From a virus (Duplodnaviria > Caudoviricetes): a stretch of 64,000 bases of DNA. Positions 11,479 through 21,262 of the stretch are shown piece by piece (position 1 is the stretch's first letter; every line of letters begins with the position of its first letter). The notes under the pieces were generated by a model. That model was not told where the DNA came from. It did not search any database and saw only the letters and a program-made list of their open reading frames with translations. The DNA lies in IMG/VR virus record IMGVR_UViG_3300029305_004606, positions 32,001 to 96,000 of that record; one strand, given 5' to 3'. The position numbers and the translations under genes were made by a program.

Positions 11479-12233
11479 TAACCATGAACAACAATAGCAA
11501 TATTGATTTTACAGAATATGATAGAGTACAAGATATATTAATGTATCTAACTGACAAAATCACGCTTAGCTTTGTTGTTGCATTGTCTAAAAAGAATTTA
11601 GGAGGACAAAGATCCTTCTTTCATTACGAGACTCAGTACACTTCTGATTCTTATGGTACTCAATTAAGATCTATTAAAAGAAATATGTCTTACTATTTCT
11701 TGATTTCTAATAAAGATATCTTTGGATCTGGAATTGTACTGAGACCTCAAGATGTAGAAATATTGATAATGCTCATAGAACAAAGAGTAATACCTTGGTT
11801 CTTTGGAACTCAAGAACAACATGCATTTCATATGGTAGATAATAAACTAGTATTAAAAGAATTTACTCCGGTAATATATACACAATCTGATACAAAGTTT
11901 ATAGGATTTGAACCTATAGTTTATCATTATGAAAATTCAGATCAGTTTGCAGAGGGAGTTAACTTGTTATTTACACAAGGTGAATCCTGTCCATTAACTG
12001 TAGATAAGTTTATGGGTCTGTTTAATGTGCTGAAATCTGACATGTATAATATAGCTTGTCAGTTATGTACTTATGCTAAGGTTCCACCTTATGGTGTGAA
12101 TGTATTTAAACCTGTTGGTTTGGGATCTTCTCCCAATCAACAACGAAATGATACTGGTTGGAGCAACCAAAACAATTATAAAGGTTTTGGTGCTAATTCC
12201 TTCTTGGAAAATGCCAAGAAGAAAGGAGATTAG
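11475..12233 (+). CDS. hypothetical protein
   Basis: 252-aa ORF coupled by an ATGA overlap; N/Q/G-rich tail. Confidence 0.7.
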   Translation: MITMNNNSNIDFTEYDRVQDILMYLTDKITLSFVVALSKKNLGGQRSFFHYETQYTSDSYGTQLRSIKRNMSYYFLISNKDIFGSGIVLRPQDVEILIMLIEQRVIPWFFGTQEQHAFHMVDNKLVLKEFTPVIYTQSDTKFIGFEPIVYHYENSDQFAEGVNLLFTQGESCPLTVDKFMGLFNVLKSDMYNIACQLCTYAKVPPYGVNVFKPVGLGSSPNQQRNDTGWSNQNNYKGFGANSFLENAKKKGD

Positions 12234-12239
12234 GATACT

Positions 12240-12824
12240 ATGAGATTTTATGTATTTAAGAAACGTAACGATTTATCTGCTCGTCCCGATTGGTACGAGC
12301 CTATAATTACAAAGAAAATATATTCTACTACAGAGTTTGATTTAGCTAAGATTAGATATGAATCTATGGAACTCGAACTTAAGTCTGAAGAAGTATTATT
12401 TATGGCTGTGGATTTTGGATTTGCTGCTGAGAAGAACTTTGAAGTTACTTATTGTGACCCCAGTAAAACATATTTCCCTTATCTTGTTATCAAGTGCAGT
12501 GATGATTCTTATTTCAATTATGAAGAAAAACTCAATATGAAAAATATTAAGTTTGTACTTATAAACGATGGTATTCATCAGCACTATTTCAATCCAATGA
12601 ACGCATTTGAAAAGTTTGAATATTATAAAAATAATCGTATCGCTGCTATGTTAGCTATTGATTATATTACTCCTGCAGGTACAAATAATCTTGTACCAAT
12701 CACAAGTATTCAGGAAATTCTTTGGAGAGAGAAAGAGAAATATATTAAAAGATTAGGATTTGAGCCATTGCCTAACAGTATTAAAATTGGTCCTATTGTG
12801 ATAAAGAAGAGAGTAGAGTCTTAA
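12240..12824 (+). CDS. hypothetical protein
   Basis: 194-aa ORF with AGGA RBS. Confidence 0.65.
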   Translation: MRFYVFKKRNDLSARPDWYEPIITKKIYSTTEFDLAKIRYESMELELKSEEVLFMAVDFGFAAEKNFEVTYCDPSKTYFPYLVIKCSDDSYFNYEEKLNMKNIKFVLINDGIHQHYFNPMNAFEKFEYYKNNRIAAMLAIDYITPAGTNNLVPITSIQEILWREKEKYIKRLGFEPLPNSIKIGPIVIKKRVES

Positions 12825-12846
12825 TGACTCTACTCCCTATTTTTAT
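12811..12846. terminator. terminator between convergent genes
   Basis: GAGTAGAGTC / GACTCTACTC stem followed by a T-rich run. Confidence 0.65.
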
Positions 12847-12848
12847 TT

Positions 12849-13553
12849 TTATTTGTTTCGTTTTGCAGTTAAAGGTGTAACATAATCGATATCAACAAGG
12901 TTTGAATGTAAATGAGCTCCTATAAGATATACATTCATTAAATTCTTTCCAAGTGAATCGGTTCTAGAAACATTAAGATCTTCCTGAGAAACATATCCCT
13001 TGGCTAAGATTTCATTACTCATCTGAGCCATTGCATCCATAGCATCTGCTTTAGGTCTTGCAAATTCATCCATTGTATAATCAAGACCCATAGTAGCAAG
13101 GGATTCGAATTCTCTATCTGTTTCTTTGCCACCTTTGTCATCTGATGTGAGAAGACCTGTCTTCATATCACGTTTTTCAATGTTAATAGAAGTATGATTC
13201 TTCTTGGTAAGCATCTGTTTCATTCGCTTTAAGTGAATATAGATTACCATACATTCTTCAGATTCAATAGGTTCACCATCTTCATTGGTATAAACATAAG
13301 GAAGTTTTACTCTTTCAAGAAGTGGCTTATCAAGAACCTTAAAAGCGTCTACAATATCATACATTTTAGGTTCCACTTTAAAAACTTGTGTATGGAATCT
13401 GAAAGGAAGTCTTCTTTTACAGAATGCCATAAAATCATTGTCTGACATTGTAGCAAATATCTTTTTATAGTAATCTGAGTTTGTATGAGTTTTATCAGCA
13501 GCATCTAATACATCGTAGATGAGTTTTTCTGCTTTTTCTCTTTGTTTATTCAT
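12849..13553 (-). CDS. rpoB: RNA polymerase beta extreme C-terminal subunit, probably virion RNAP
   Basis: IYIHLKRMKQMLTKKNH...RDMKTG...KGGKETDREFESL parallels YMYMLKLNHLVDDK...GGQRFGEMEVWAL; duplicates a region already present in 27308..29533. Confidence 0.7.
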   Translation of the reverse strand: MNKQREKAEKLIYDVLDAADKTHTNSDYYKKIFATMSDNDFMAFCKRRLPFRFHTQVFKVEPKMYDIVDAFKVLDKPLLERVKLPYVYTNEDGEPIESEECMVIYIHLKRMKQMLTKKNHTSINIEKRDMKTGLLTSDDKGGKETDREFESLATMGLDYTMDEFARPKADAMDAMAQMSNEILAKGYVSQEDLNVSRTDSLGKNLMNVYLIGAHLHSNLVDIDYVTPLTAKRNK

Positions 13554-13576
13554 TTTGTGTTCTCCTCTCTTAATTC

Positions 13577-14074
13577 CTATTGAGGTAGGCTAAATACACC
13601 TAAAATGGCTATATGATCAATTTCCATATGTCCACCCAAGAATTCTATTAAGAACTCTGTTCCTTTAGGAATAGTAAATTTATCAGAATCAAATCCCAAG
13701 ATATAATTAATTCCACTTATTGTATGTCTCATTTCTGTACAATTTTCACCGCCACATTCTGTAGGATTATGTATAATATCCTTAACTGGTACAATCTTGG
13801 GTTTCATAAACATTAAGAGAATATGAGGCGGAATAACCAAATCAACATAATTAGATTGAGTGTACTTTCTTGTTTTCTTGTTCATTACATTTTCTGTATC
13901 TATAGAAGGTGTTGTACTAGGTATAAAAAATTTACCCATAAGAGCTTCAAGATTATAAAATGTAAGATTTTCTGCCAGCACAGCTTTTTCTATTGTTTGA
14001 ATATTATCGCTGGCTTGCTCATAATAATTCATTTCATTCGTTACACTATTATTCATTTTTAACACCTCGTTCAA
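13577..14074 (-). CDS. hypothetical protein, likely late/virion
   Basis: ORF co-oriented with the vRNAP piece, downstream of a class B promoter; real start probably 14056 (GAGGTG RBS). Confidence 0.6.
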   Translation of the reverse strand: MNEVLKMNNSVTNEMNYYEQASDNIQTIEKAVLAENLTFYNLEALMGKFFIPSTTPSIDTENVMNKKTRKYTQSNYVDLVIPPHILLMFMKPKIVPVKDIIHNPTECGGENCTEMRHTISGINYILGFDSDKFTIPKGTEFLIEFLGGHMEIDHIAILGVFSLPQ

Positions 14075-14080
14075 CCATTA

Positions 14081-14121
14081 ATTAATCTAATGTTTTTTGA
14101 ACTCTATATAATATTTTTTGA
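14081..14121. promoter_or_regulatory. back-to-back class B (minus) and class A (plus) promoters
   Basis: Minus AACA-TTAGAT-TAAT at 14094-14081; plus CTATATAATATTTTTTG at about 14104. Confidence 0.55.
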
Positions 14122-14138
14122 TCAAAGGAGAGATAAGA

Positions 14139-14624
14139 ATGATTTATTTACCAAACGGTACCGTCTATTTTGACAATATTTATGATATGTATTACGATTT
14201 ATTTTCAGAGATTGGTCTGGGTATTAACTCACAACAGTATTTGTATGATCAGGATACTCAAACTGTTATCCAGTTCAAGGAAAAATATATTAAGGCTTCT
14301 ATCAACGGTCAGCCAGTATATGCAGGGCGTAACGATATTGTTTTTGAACCTGCTAAAAATTATACTCTTATGACTAGATTATTTGAGTATTATCTTGATA
14401 AATGTCAGAACTCAGATGATGGAGATCAGCTTCAGGGATATATTGCTCATTATATTGATGACGATGAAACTAAAGAAAAACAAAGGGTTGTAGTTAAAAC
14501 TGTTGGCAGAGGAGAAATTTCTTCTCAGTTCTATTTCAATGTATATCTTGCATATATTGATTGTTTATTCAAAATTGCAGGTTATAATGCTGATCTTAGC
14601 AATTTTGATATTAAAGTTGAATAA
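14139..14624 (+). CDS. hypothetical protein
   Basis: ORF with AAGGAG RBS before ATG 14139. Confidence 0.7.
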   Translation: MIYLPNGTVYFDNIYDMYYDLFSEIGLGINSQQYLYDQDTQTVIQFKEKYIKASINGQPVYAGRNDIVFEPAKNYTLMTRLFEYYLDKCQNSDDGDQLQGYIAHYIDDDETKEKQRVVVKTVGRGEISSQFYFNVYLAYIDCLFKIAGYNADLSNFDIKVE

Positions 14625-14646
14625 GTAGTGTTAAGGTGTAACGAAT

Positions 14647-15894
14647 ATGATTATATTAAATCCGCAACAAGAATTAATAAAAAATCAAGCCGTAAACTGG
14701 TTCCTGAATGAGTCTAGTCAAGTTTTTGAAATTGACGGACCTGCAGGAACCGGTAAATCGGTTCTTATAGGACAGATATTAAAAGAATTAGGATTAAAAC
14801 CATATGAAGTAGCAGCTATGAGTTACACTGGTCAGGCTTCTATAGTTATGAGAATGCGTGGTTTTCCTAGTGCTAGGTCTATACATTCTACTTTATATGA
14901 GCTTGTAGAGATAGAAGATGAAGATACACGATTAGCAGAAACTTTTGGTGTAGCTTCAAAAAAGAAAGTCTTTACTTTAAAGAAAATGATAGACCCGAAC
15001 ATTCGTTTATTTTTTATAGACGAAGGATATATGGTTCCAAGAGATATGGTAAATGATATCTTATCTTTTGGTATCAAAGTTATTGTAGCAGGTGATGCTC
15101 ATCAGTTACCACCTGTTAGTGGAGAACCGGGATTTTTAACTGGTTATGGAGTTCATCATCTTACTCAATTAATGAGACAATCTGAATCTAATCCGATTGT
15201 CTATATAGCTAATAGAGCTATGAACGGTGAGCCTATACATAATGGAACATATTCCTCTAGAGGATATGGTGGTCAAAATGTGTTAGTAATTAACGATGAT
15301 GAATTTGTTCCACAAATGATAGGATTAGCTGATTGTATTTTGTGTGGAACTAATAAGACCAGAGAAGCTATGAATAGCTATGTAAGAAAATTGGCAGGAT
15401 TTGAAGGTCAATATCCTCATCATGGTGAAAGAGTTGTATGTAGAAAGAATGATTGGGAAAGAAGTATAGATGGAATAGCACTTGCTAATGGTTTAGCCGG
15501 TACAGTTATAAATAATCCAGATGTAAGTCCTGATGGAAAATTCTTTACTATAAATTTTAAACCTGATTTGGTAAATGCTGTATTTTATGGAGTTCCTGTA
15601 AATTACGATTATTTTATTTCTGATTTTGAAAAGAAGAATGCTATAAAATCTTCATTTAATTCAAGATGGTTAGTTGGAGAATTATTCGACTATGCTTATG
15701 CTTTAACTACACATCTTGCTCAAGGTTCAGAATATCCAAATTGTTTGTATATAGAAGAATTTATGAGACAACAGATACAAAATCAGTTGAATTATACTGC
15801 AGCTACTCGTGCTGTACAAACATTAATTTGGCTTAAAAAGAAACATAAGTATTTTTATCTACCGGGATTAAATATGATTAAAACTAATCAATAA
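14647..15894 (+). CDS. RecD/Dda-like superfamily 1B helicase
   Basis: GPAGTGKS, IDEG, GDAHQLPP, MRQ, YALTTHLAQGSE, YTAATRA. Confidence 0.85.
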   Translation: MIILNPQQELIKNQAVNWFLNESSQVFEIDGPAGTGKSVLIGQILKELGLKPYEVAAMSYTGQASIVMRMRGFPSARSIHSTLYELVEIEDEDTRLAETFGVASKKKVFTLKKMIDPNIRLFFIDEGYMVPRDMVNDILSFGIKVIVAGDAHQLPPVSGEPGFLTGYGVHHLTQLMRQSESNPIVYIANRAMNGEPIHNGTYSSRGYGGQNVLVINDDEFVPQMIGLADCILCGTNKTREAMNSYVRKLAGFEGQYPHHGERVVCRKNDWERSIDGIALANGLAGTVINNPDVSPDGKFFTINFKPDLVNAVFYGVPVNYDYFISDFEKKNAIKSSFNSRWLVGELFDYAYALTTHLAQGSEYPNCLYIEEFMRQQIQNQLNYTAATRAVQTLIWLKKKHKYFYLPGLNMIKTNQ

Positions 15895-15941
15895 TAAAAA
15901 TGATCATATATTATATTTATGATAGATAAGGAGATTACAAG

Positions 15942-16523
15942 ATGTTTGATGAATTTAAGAAAAAGATAATTAATCCTATAGAATTTGTTAAACCCGGTGA
16001 ATCCTATGCTATTACTCCAATCGAAAGATTAGAGCAGGTTAACGGAATTACAAGTTTTGCCATCCTTAAGACTACTGAGGGTGGTAAGTATATGAGAGGT
16101 AATATGTTATATTATCATCTCAATGGTGTTAGTATCTATACAGATCCTAATAACGTTATTTTTGTTGATACAGTAAACAATATGATGTGGGTTAGAGAGT
16201 ATGAAAAAGTATTAAAAGAAATCGAACCTGATAATCCTGAAGAAAAACAATATATTATGCTCTATACGGATTTATGCTACGAAGATGATGATCAGGAATA
16301 TCCTTTTAGGTGGGAAGCGGTAACTGGAAGATCAAGTGCATATGATGCTATCAAAATTAATGCTCCTGTAATTGATATTGATAAATCACTTGTATTGGTT
16401 GAAACAGTAGGTTTTAAAGACGCTTTAACTGTAAGGCAATTTATTGATTATCTGCAAAATTCTGGCATAATCGAAGATGATACTTTCAGTACAGAAGATT
16501 ATACAGGCTCAGATTATATTTAA
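15942..16523 (+). CDS. hypothetical protein with N-terminal IINPIEFV motif
   Basis: 193-aa ORF with class A promoter at 15904. Confidence 0.7.
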   Translation: MFDEFKKKIINPIEFVKPGESYAITPIERLEQVNGITSFAILKTTEGGKYMRGNMLYYHLNGVSIYTDPNNVIFVDTVNNMMWVREYEKVLKEIEPDNPEEKQYIMLYTDLCYEDDDQEYPFRWEAVTGRSSAYDAIKINAPVIDIDKSLVLVETVGFKDALTVRQFIDYLQNSGIIEDDTFSTEDYTGSDYI

Positions 16524-16557
16524 TAAAATAATAAAAAGAAAGACGAGGTAATGTACT

Positions 16558-16983
16558 ATGGCAAAAAATAATTCGTATATCCAGATGATGATGAATCAGA
16601 ATGGTGACGAATGGATCTTGGCTTTACGTCCGGAAGATATTCAGAGATCCACAAGAAGAATTGTAAAGGATATGGTTCGAGGAACTATAGACTATCAGAC
16701 TCAAGGTAAATTTTTCCTTGATCCTAAATTTATGGAGAATCTGATTATTGGTGTTAGTAATGAACTTGAAATTAATACGTTGAATTATAATGCGTGTCAG
16801 TTCTATTATCAATATTTTCCTCAGACACCTAATATACAGCCTCATATTTATCATCTGGAAAGAACATGCTATATTTTTAGCACTATTCTCCAGAGATTAA
16901 ATGCTGTTAAGATGACCGGTAATGTTGGTTATATGACTGATATTTCTGCATTATTGTTTAACGATAGAAATAATCTCAATTAA
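16558..16983 (+). CDS. hypothetical protein
   Basis: 141-aa ORF with GAGGT RBS. Confidence 0.7.
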   Translation: MAKNNSYIQMMMNQNGDEWILALRPEDIQRSTRRIVKDMVRGTIDYQTQGKFFLDPKFMENLIIGVSNELEINTLNYNACQFYYQYFPQTPNIQPHIYHLERTCYIFSTILQRLNAVKMTGNVGYMTDISALLFNDRNNLN

Positions 16984-17002
16984 ATGACGGAGGTACAATA
17001 AA

Positions 17003-17527
17003 ATGAATAAGACTCAGTGCCAAAAATGGATGGCAGCTCTTAATGCAGCGGGGCTTACATCTTATCAGTTTGATACAGACTTAGGTACACATTTAATGAA
17101 CGACGGAAAAAATGCTATTGCTATTCCTGTTGATGATATTGAAGCTGTATTAGCTATTAGAACCAATAATTTGGCAGGTTCTCATAATGTGTATGCTAAT
17201 AACGTTCAGGCAGTATTGTCTGACTATGCAGACGTTCATGAGGTTAGAACAGCTGGAACATCAGATCAGATTAAAAAGCTTGTTGAAACCTTAGGTGTAA
17301 CATTAACAGACGAACAGGTTAAAATTATAGTAGAGATTGACAAACGTAACTATGATATAAAACCTGCAACCGGTGATTATGTTAATCGGTTTCGTTATCT
17401 TACTCAGAAACAGTACGAAGCTCTCTCTGAAGATGAGAAAGCTAAGTATGATTCTGAGAAGGAAAAATACGAGACTGATAAAAAGAATTATATCGGGCAG
17501 AATATGGCAGCATCTATTACTATGTAA
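17003..17527 (+). CDS. hypothetical protein
   Basis: 174-aa ORF with GGAGGT RBS. Confidence 0.7.
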   Translation: MNKTQCQKWMAALNAAGLTSYQFDTDLGTHLMNDGKNAIAIPVDDIEAVLAIRTNNLAGSHNVYANNVQAVLSDYADVHEVRTAGTSDQIKKLVETLGVTLTDEQVKIIVEIDKRNYDIKPATGDYVNRFRYLTQKQYEALSEDEKAKYDSEKEKYETDKKNYIGQNMAASITM

Positions 17528-17748
17528 TAGTTTTTACCTGTTCATATAACATGATATTACTATGACAAATCAAATCGTTTGCTTTCAAATATATTCCTAC
17601 CGTAGAAATATCCGGAGGAAATATGAAAAGTAAACGAATTTATAGTCATATAATATAATATTGATAAGAAGAGGAAAATGTCATCCTTAACTTGTCGCGA
17701 CAAAGATCAAATAGCTATTTAAAAATTATTATCAAGGAGGACAAAAAC

Positions 17749-18609
17749 ATGTTTGATCAGACTTTTGGAGCAAACCCTTATGGAATGCAGGGAGGTTATC
17801 AGTTCAATGGAATGCAGAATGGACAGATGCCTAAAATTCCTAACGTACTTAATGCAGAGGAAATCAAGGAACTTCAGCAGCAGAGAAGCCAGTTCTCACT
17901 TGGCTTAACAAAGAAAGAAAGCTTACAGGCAGCATGTAATCATCGTACAGCAGATGGTATGCAGGATACTTTGGTATACGATAACGTTACCGGTATTGCA
18001 ACTTGTACAATTTGTGGTTATCAGTTCCGTCCGGTTGAGGCAGAAGCAACTTATGAAACAATCAAGGAAGCTTCAGATCGCCTTGTTGATATTCTTCAGA
18101 CAATTAAGATTATGTATACAGATCTTCCTGCAGAGGCAGCAAAAGAATACTTCCAGATCATTCCTTTGATCGGTAAGGTTCCTCAGTTATTCGAGTTTGC
18201 AGCTAAGAACTTCGCTAAGCATGAATACAACGGCTGGAGCTACAACAACCACAATATGGGTGGTATTGCTATGCTTCAGAATCTTTCTTCTATGTTTGGT
18301 GGCGGTATGCAGCCTAACTTCGTACAGCAGCCTCAGTTCAATGGTTACGCTATGAATCCTCAGCAGCCTGTAGGTTATCCTAACGGAATGGCTCCTCAGA
18401 TGCCTGGACAGAATCCTTTCGGTTATCCTGGTGCAAGTGCTCCTATGATGGGTATGCCTCAGATGGGTGCTCCGGTACAGCAGCCTGTAGCAGGTGGATA
18501 TGCTCCTCAGACTCAGGGTTATGCTTATCAGCCTAACGTAGCAGCTCCGGCAGCTCCTGATGCTCCTGCAGTAACAGATGATACTGTTAAGCAGAATGTA
18601 ACCGTATAA
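17749..18609 (+). CDS. Zn-binding protein with prion-like Q/P/G/M/N/Y low-complexity termini
   Basis: AGGAGG RBS before ATG 17749; CNH...CTIC; about 120-aa low-complexity C-terminus. Confidence 0.7.
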   Translation: MFDQTFGANPYGMQGGYQFNGMQNGQMPKIPNVLNAEEIKELQQQRSQFSLGLTKKESLQAACNHRTADGMQDTLVYDNVTGIATCTICGYQFRPVEAEATYETIKEASDRLVDILQTIKIMYTDLPAEAAKEYFQIIPLIGKVPQLFEFAAKNFAKHEYNGWSYNNHNMGGIAMLQNLSSMFGGGMQPNFVQQPQFNGYAMNPQQPVGYPNGMAPQMPGQNPFGYPGASAPMMGMPQMGAPVQQPVAGGYAPQTQGYAYQPNVAAPAAPDAPAVTDDTVKQNVTV

Positions 18610-18863
18610 GATAAGGTTATCTATAAAGATAGAATGAGATAATTAGGTTGCCAGTAGAGACTTCAATCTCTACTGGCAATTTCTCGTTCTATCTTAAATT
18701 TCAATATATTTATTTTTGTTACCAATTTTTCTTTAGGATTATTTTTTACATCCTGATATTACATACGATTAATGAGCTTATCGTATGCAAAATCCCCAAA
18801 TTTTCTAAGTTACGGGGTCCTCTACGGAAGCAAAAATAAAATTAATAAAAAAGGAGAAACAAC

Positions 18864-21221
18864 ATGGCTGTATTATCAAAAGAACAAATAGCATCAATTG
18901 ATAATTATAGTAACGAAATTAAGACATTAAAAGATTTCGTTAGTGCTGTTAGAAAAAGACCTGGTATGTATCTTGGTCCAATCAGTAACAAAGGTCTCTT
19001 AAATATGATGAGAGAAATTTTTCAGAACTGTATTGACCAGATTTTAGATCCTACCAGTCCAGCAAATTGGTTTTCGTTCTTCTACGATGAAAGAACACTT
19101 GAGATTATTGTTGAAGATAATGGTAAGGGATTTCCTTTCAATGATATTGTAAGAATACTTACATCTCAGCACACTTCAAAGAACTTTGAAAAGAAACTTG
19201 GAGATTATTCTTCTGGTATGAATGGTGTAGGTTCTAAGATTGTAAATGCATTATCTGAAAGATTTACAGCAGAATCTTTTAGATATGATGGTACTGCTGT
19301 AAAGGTTGATTTTGTTAAAGGATATCCGAAGACAAATGAACCTGTTAAAATTTCTAATAAAGAAAACAAACAAGGTTCAAGAATTACATTTGTTCCTGAT
19401 ACTGAAATTCTTGGAGAAATGAATCTTGAATGGAAGGTTGTATATAATCTGATTAAGAATATTATGTCACTTACTCCTATTGGATCAGTATGTGACTTTG
19501 CTGCTATAGATATCAATGGTAAACAGTTTACCGAGCATATTGTAAACAAAGATGGTATTATTACAAACTTGATTATGAATGTGAAGACTCCTATGGTTAA
19601 ACCTATTGTATTATCTATGGATGACGGTGTTCATAAATTAGAAGCAGCTTTCTGTTATGATACCGGTGGAGAAGACGGTCCTGATGATTTGTCAGTTACA
19701 TCTTTTTGTAACTTCTGTCCATCATATGGTACACATGTTGATGGTACTGTTGACGGTATTTGTAGATGGTTTTCTATGTATATGAATAATATTTATCTGG
19801 CTAATCAGAAATCAAAAGATAAAACAAAGGTATTACCTATTGATATTAAGTCAGGTTTGAATATATTTATCTCTGCAGCTCATTTAGAACCCGTGTTTAC
19901 AGGTCAGGCAAAAGAAATCCTATCTAATGAAGATATGATTGGATTTTGTAAAGAAGTAGCAATGAAAGGTCTTGATGAGTGGAGCAAAGCCAATCCTCAG
20001 GATTTAGCAAAACTTGCAAAATTCTTTAAAGAAATTGCAGATCTTCGTATGAAGCAGGAAGCTGGCAAGGCTAAAATTGCTACAAAGTATGCAAAGAATC
20101 CGGTTACAAATTTACCTCGTAAATATATTAGACCTCTTACTAATAAAGATAATGAACTTATAATAGTTGAAGGAGATTCTGCTCTTGGAAAAGCTGAAGA
20201 AGATAGGGATCCTAATACTCAAGGTCTGTTTCCAATAAGAGGTAAAATTATTAATGCTTTTAAGGCAAGTAGACAAGCTTTCTTCAGCAATGAAGAAGTT
20301 CAGGGTATTACTCGTATCACTTTTGGACAAGATTATCGTAAAGGTCTTACTATAGAAGATGCTAAAGTGAAAAAAATCATATTTATGACCGATGGTGATA
20401 TTGATGGTGCTCATATAGCAGCACTTTTGCTTCGAATGTTCGTTATGTATTATCCGTTTTTAATAGAAGCTGGTATGGTATATAAGGCTATTCCTCCTTT
20501 ATACAGTATCAAAGACGGAAAGAAAACAAGATACTTTACAGATAATCTTGATATGATTAGATATATTCAGAAATTCTTCTTATCATCGAATGAATTTAAG
20601 TCTATAGATAATAAAGATCTTAGCTCAAAAGAGATTACTAGTTTCTTCTTAAAAAATGCTGATTATATTTATTATATCACAAGAACCGCTAGTACTTATG
20701 CTGTAGATCCTTATTTGCTCGAAATGGTATTAATACATTATCTCTTAAATAAGAAAACTATCAAGTTTGAGAAACTTCAAAAAGAAGTAAAATCTGTATA
20801 CAGATTTATGGATGTATATAAAGAACACGGAACTATCGTTGTTAGAGGTTCTATTGACAAATCAAACTTGATTATTATCAGTGATAAATTCTTAAGAGAT
20901 TGTGCTGATATTCTTCGTATAATGGAATCAAATGATAGCCTTTATTATATGCTCAATAAACAGAAAAGTTCACTGCTTACTGTAATGAAAGTATATGAAT
21001 CTAATACGCCTAAAGATATTCAGCGATACAAGGGTCTTGGTGAAATGGGAGATGGTCAGCTTGGAGAATCTACTCTTAGACCTGATTCTGATAGAATGCT
21101 TATCAGATATACTATGGATAGTGCTAAAGAAGCTATTAACTTCATTAGAGAATATGAATCTGATACAAAGAAGATTCTATCTGAAGTTGGTGTTGTTACT
21201 AGGGATGATCTGTTAGACTAG
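18864..21221 (+). CDS. gyrB: type IIA topoisomerase subunit B (GyrB-like)
   Basis: VRKRPGMY, EIFQNCID, DNGKG, GMNGVG, EGDSA, PIRGK, DGDIDG, QRYKGLGEM. Confidence 0.92.
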   Translation: MAVLSKEQIASIDNYSNEIKTLKDFVSAVRKRPGMYLGPISNKGLLNMMREIFQNCIDQILDPTSPANWFSFFYDERTLEIIVEDNGKGFPFNDIVRILTSQHTSKNFEKKLGDYSSGMNGVGSKIVNALSERFTAESFRYDGTAVKVDFVKGYPKTNEPVKISNKENKQGSRITFVPDTEILGEMNLEWKVVYNLIKNIMSLTPIGSVCDFAAIDINGKQFTEHIVNKDGIITNLIMNVKTPMVKPIVLSMDDGVHKLEAAFCYDTGGEDGPDDLSVTSFCNFCPSYGTHVDGTVDGICRWFSMYMNNIYLANQKSKDKTKVLPIDIKSGLNIFISAAHLEPVFTGQAKEILSNEDMIGFCKEVAMKGLDEWSKANPQDLAKLAKFFKEIADLRMKQEAGKAKIATKYAKNPVTNLPRKYIRPLTNKDNELIIVEGDSALGKAEEDRDPNTQGLFPIRGKIINAFKASRQAFFSNEEVQGITRITFGQDYRKGLTIEDAKVKKIIFMTDGDIDGAHIAALLLRMFVMYYPFLIEAGMVYKAIPPLYSIKDGKKTRYFTDNLDMIRYIQKFFLSSNEFKSIDNKDLSSKEITSFFLKNADYIYYITRTASTYAVDPYLLEMVLIHYLLNKKTIKFEKLQKEVKSVYRFMDVYKEHGTIVVRGSIDKSNLIIISDKFLRDCADILRIMESNDSLYYMLNKQKSSLLTVMKVYESNTPKDIQRYKGLGEMGDGQLGESTLRPDSDRMLIRYTMDSAKEAINFIREYESDTKKILSEVGVVTRDDLLD

Positions 21222-21262
21222 TTCATCCCTAGTCTTTATTTTCTATTAGAAAGGAAAAAGTT

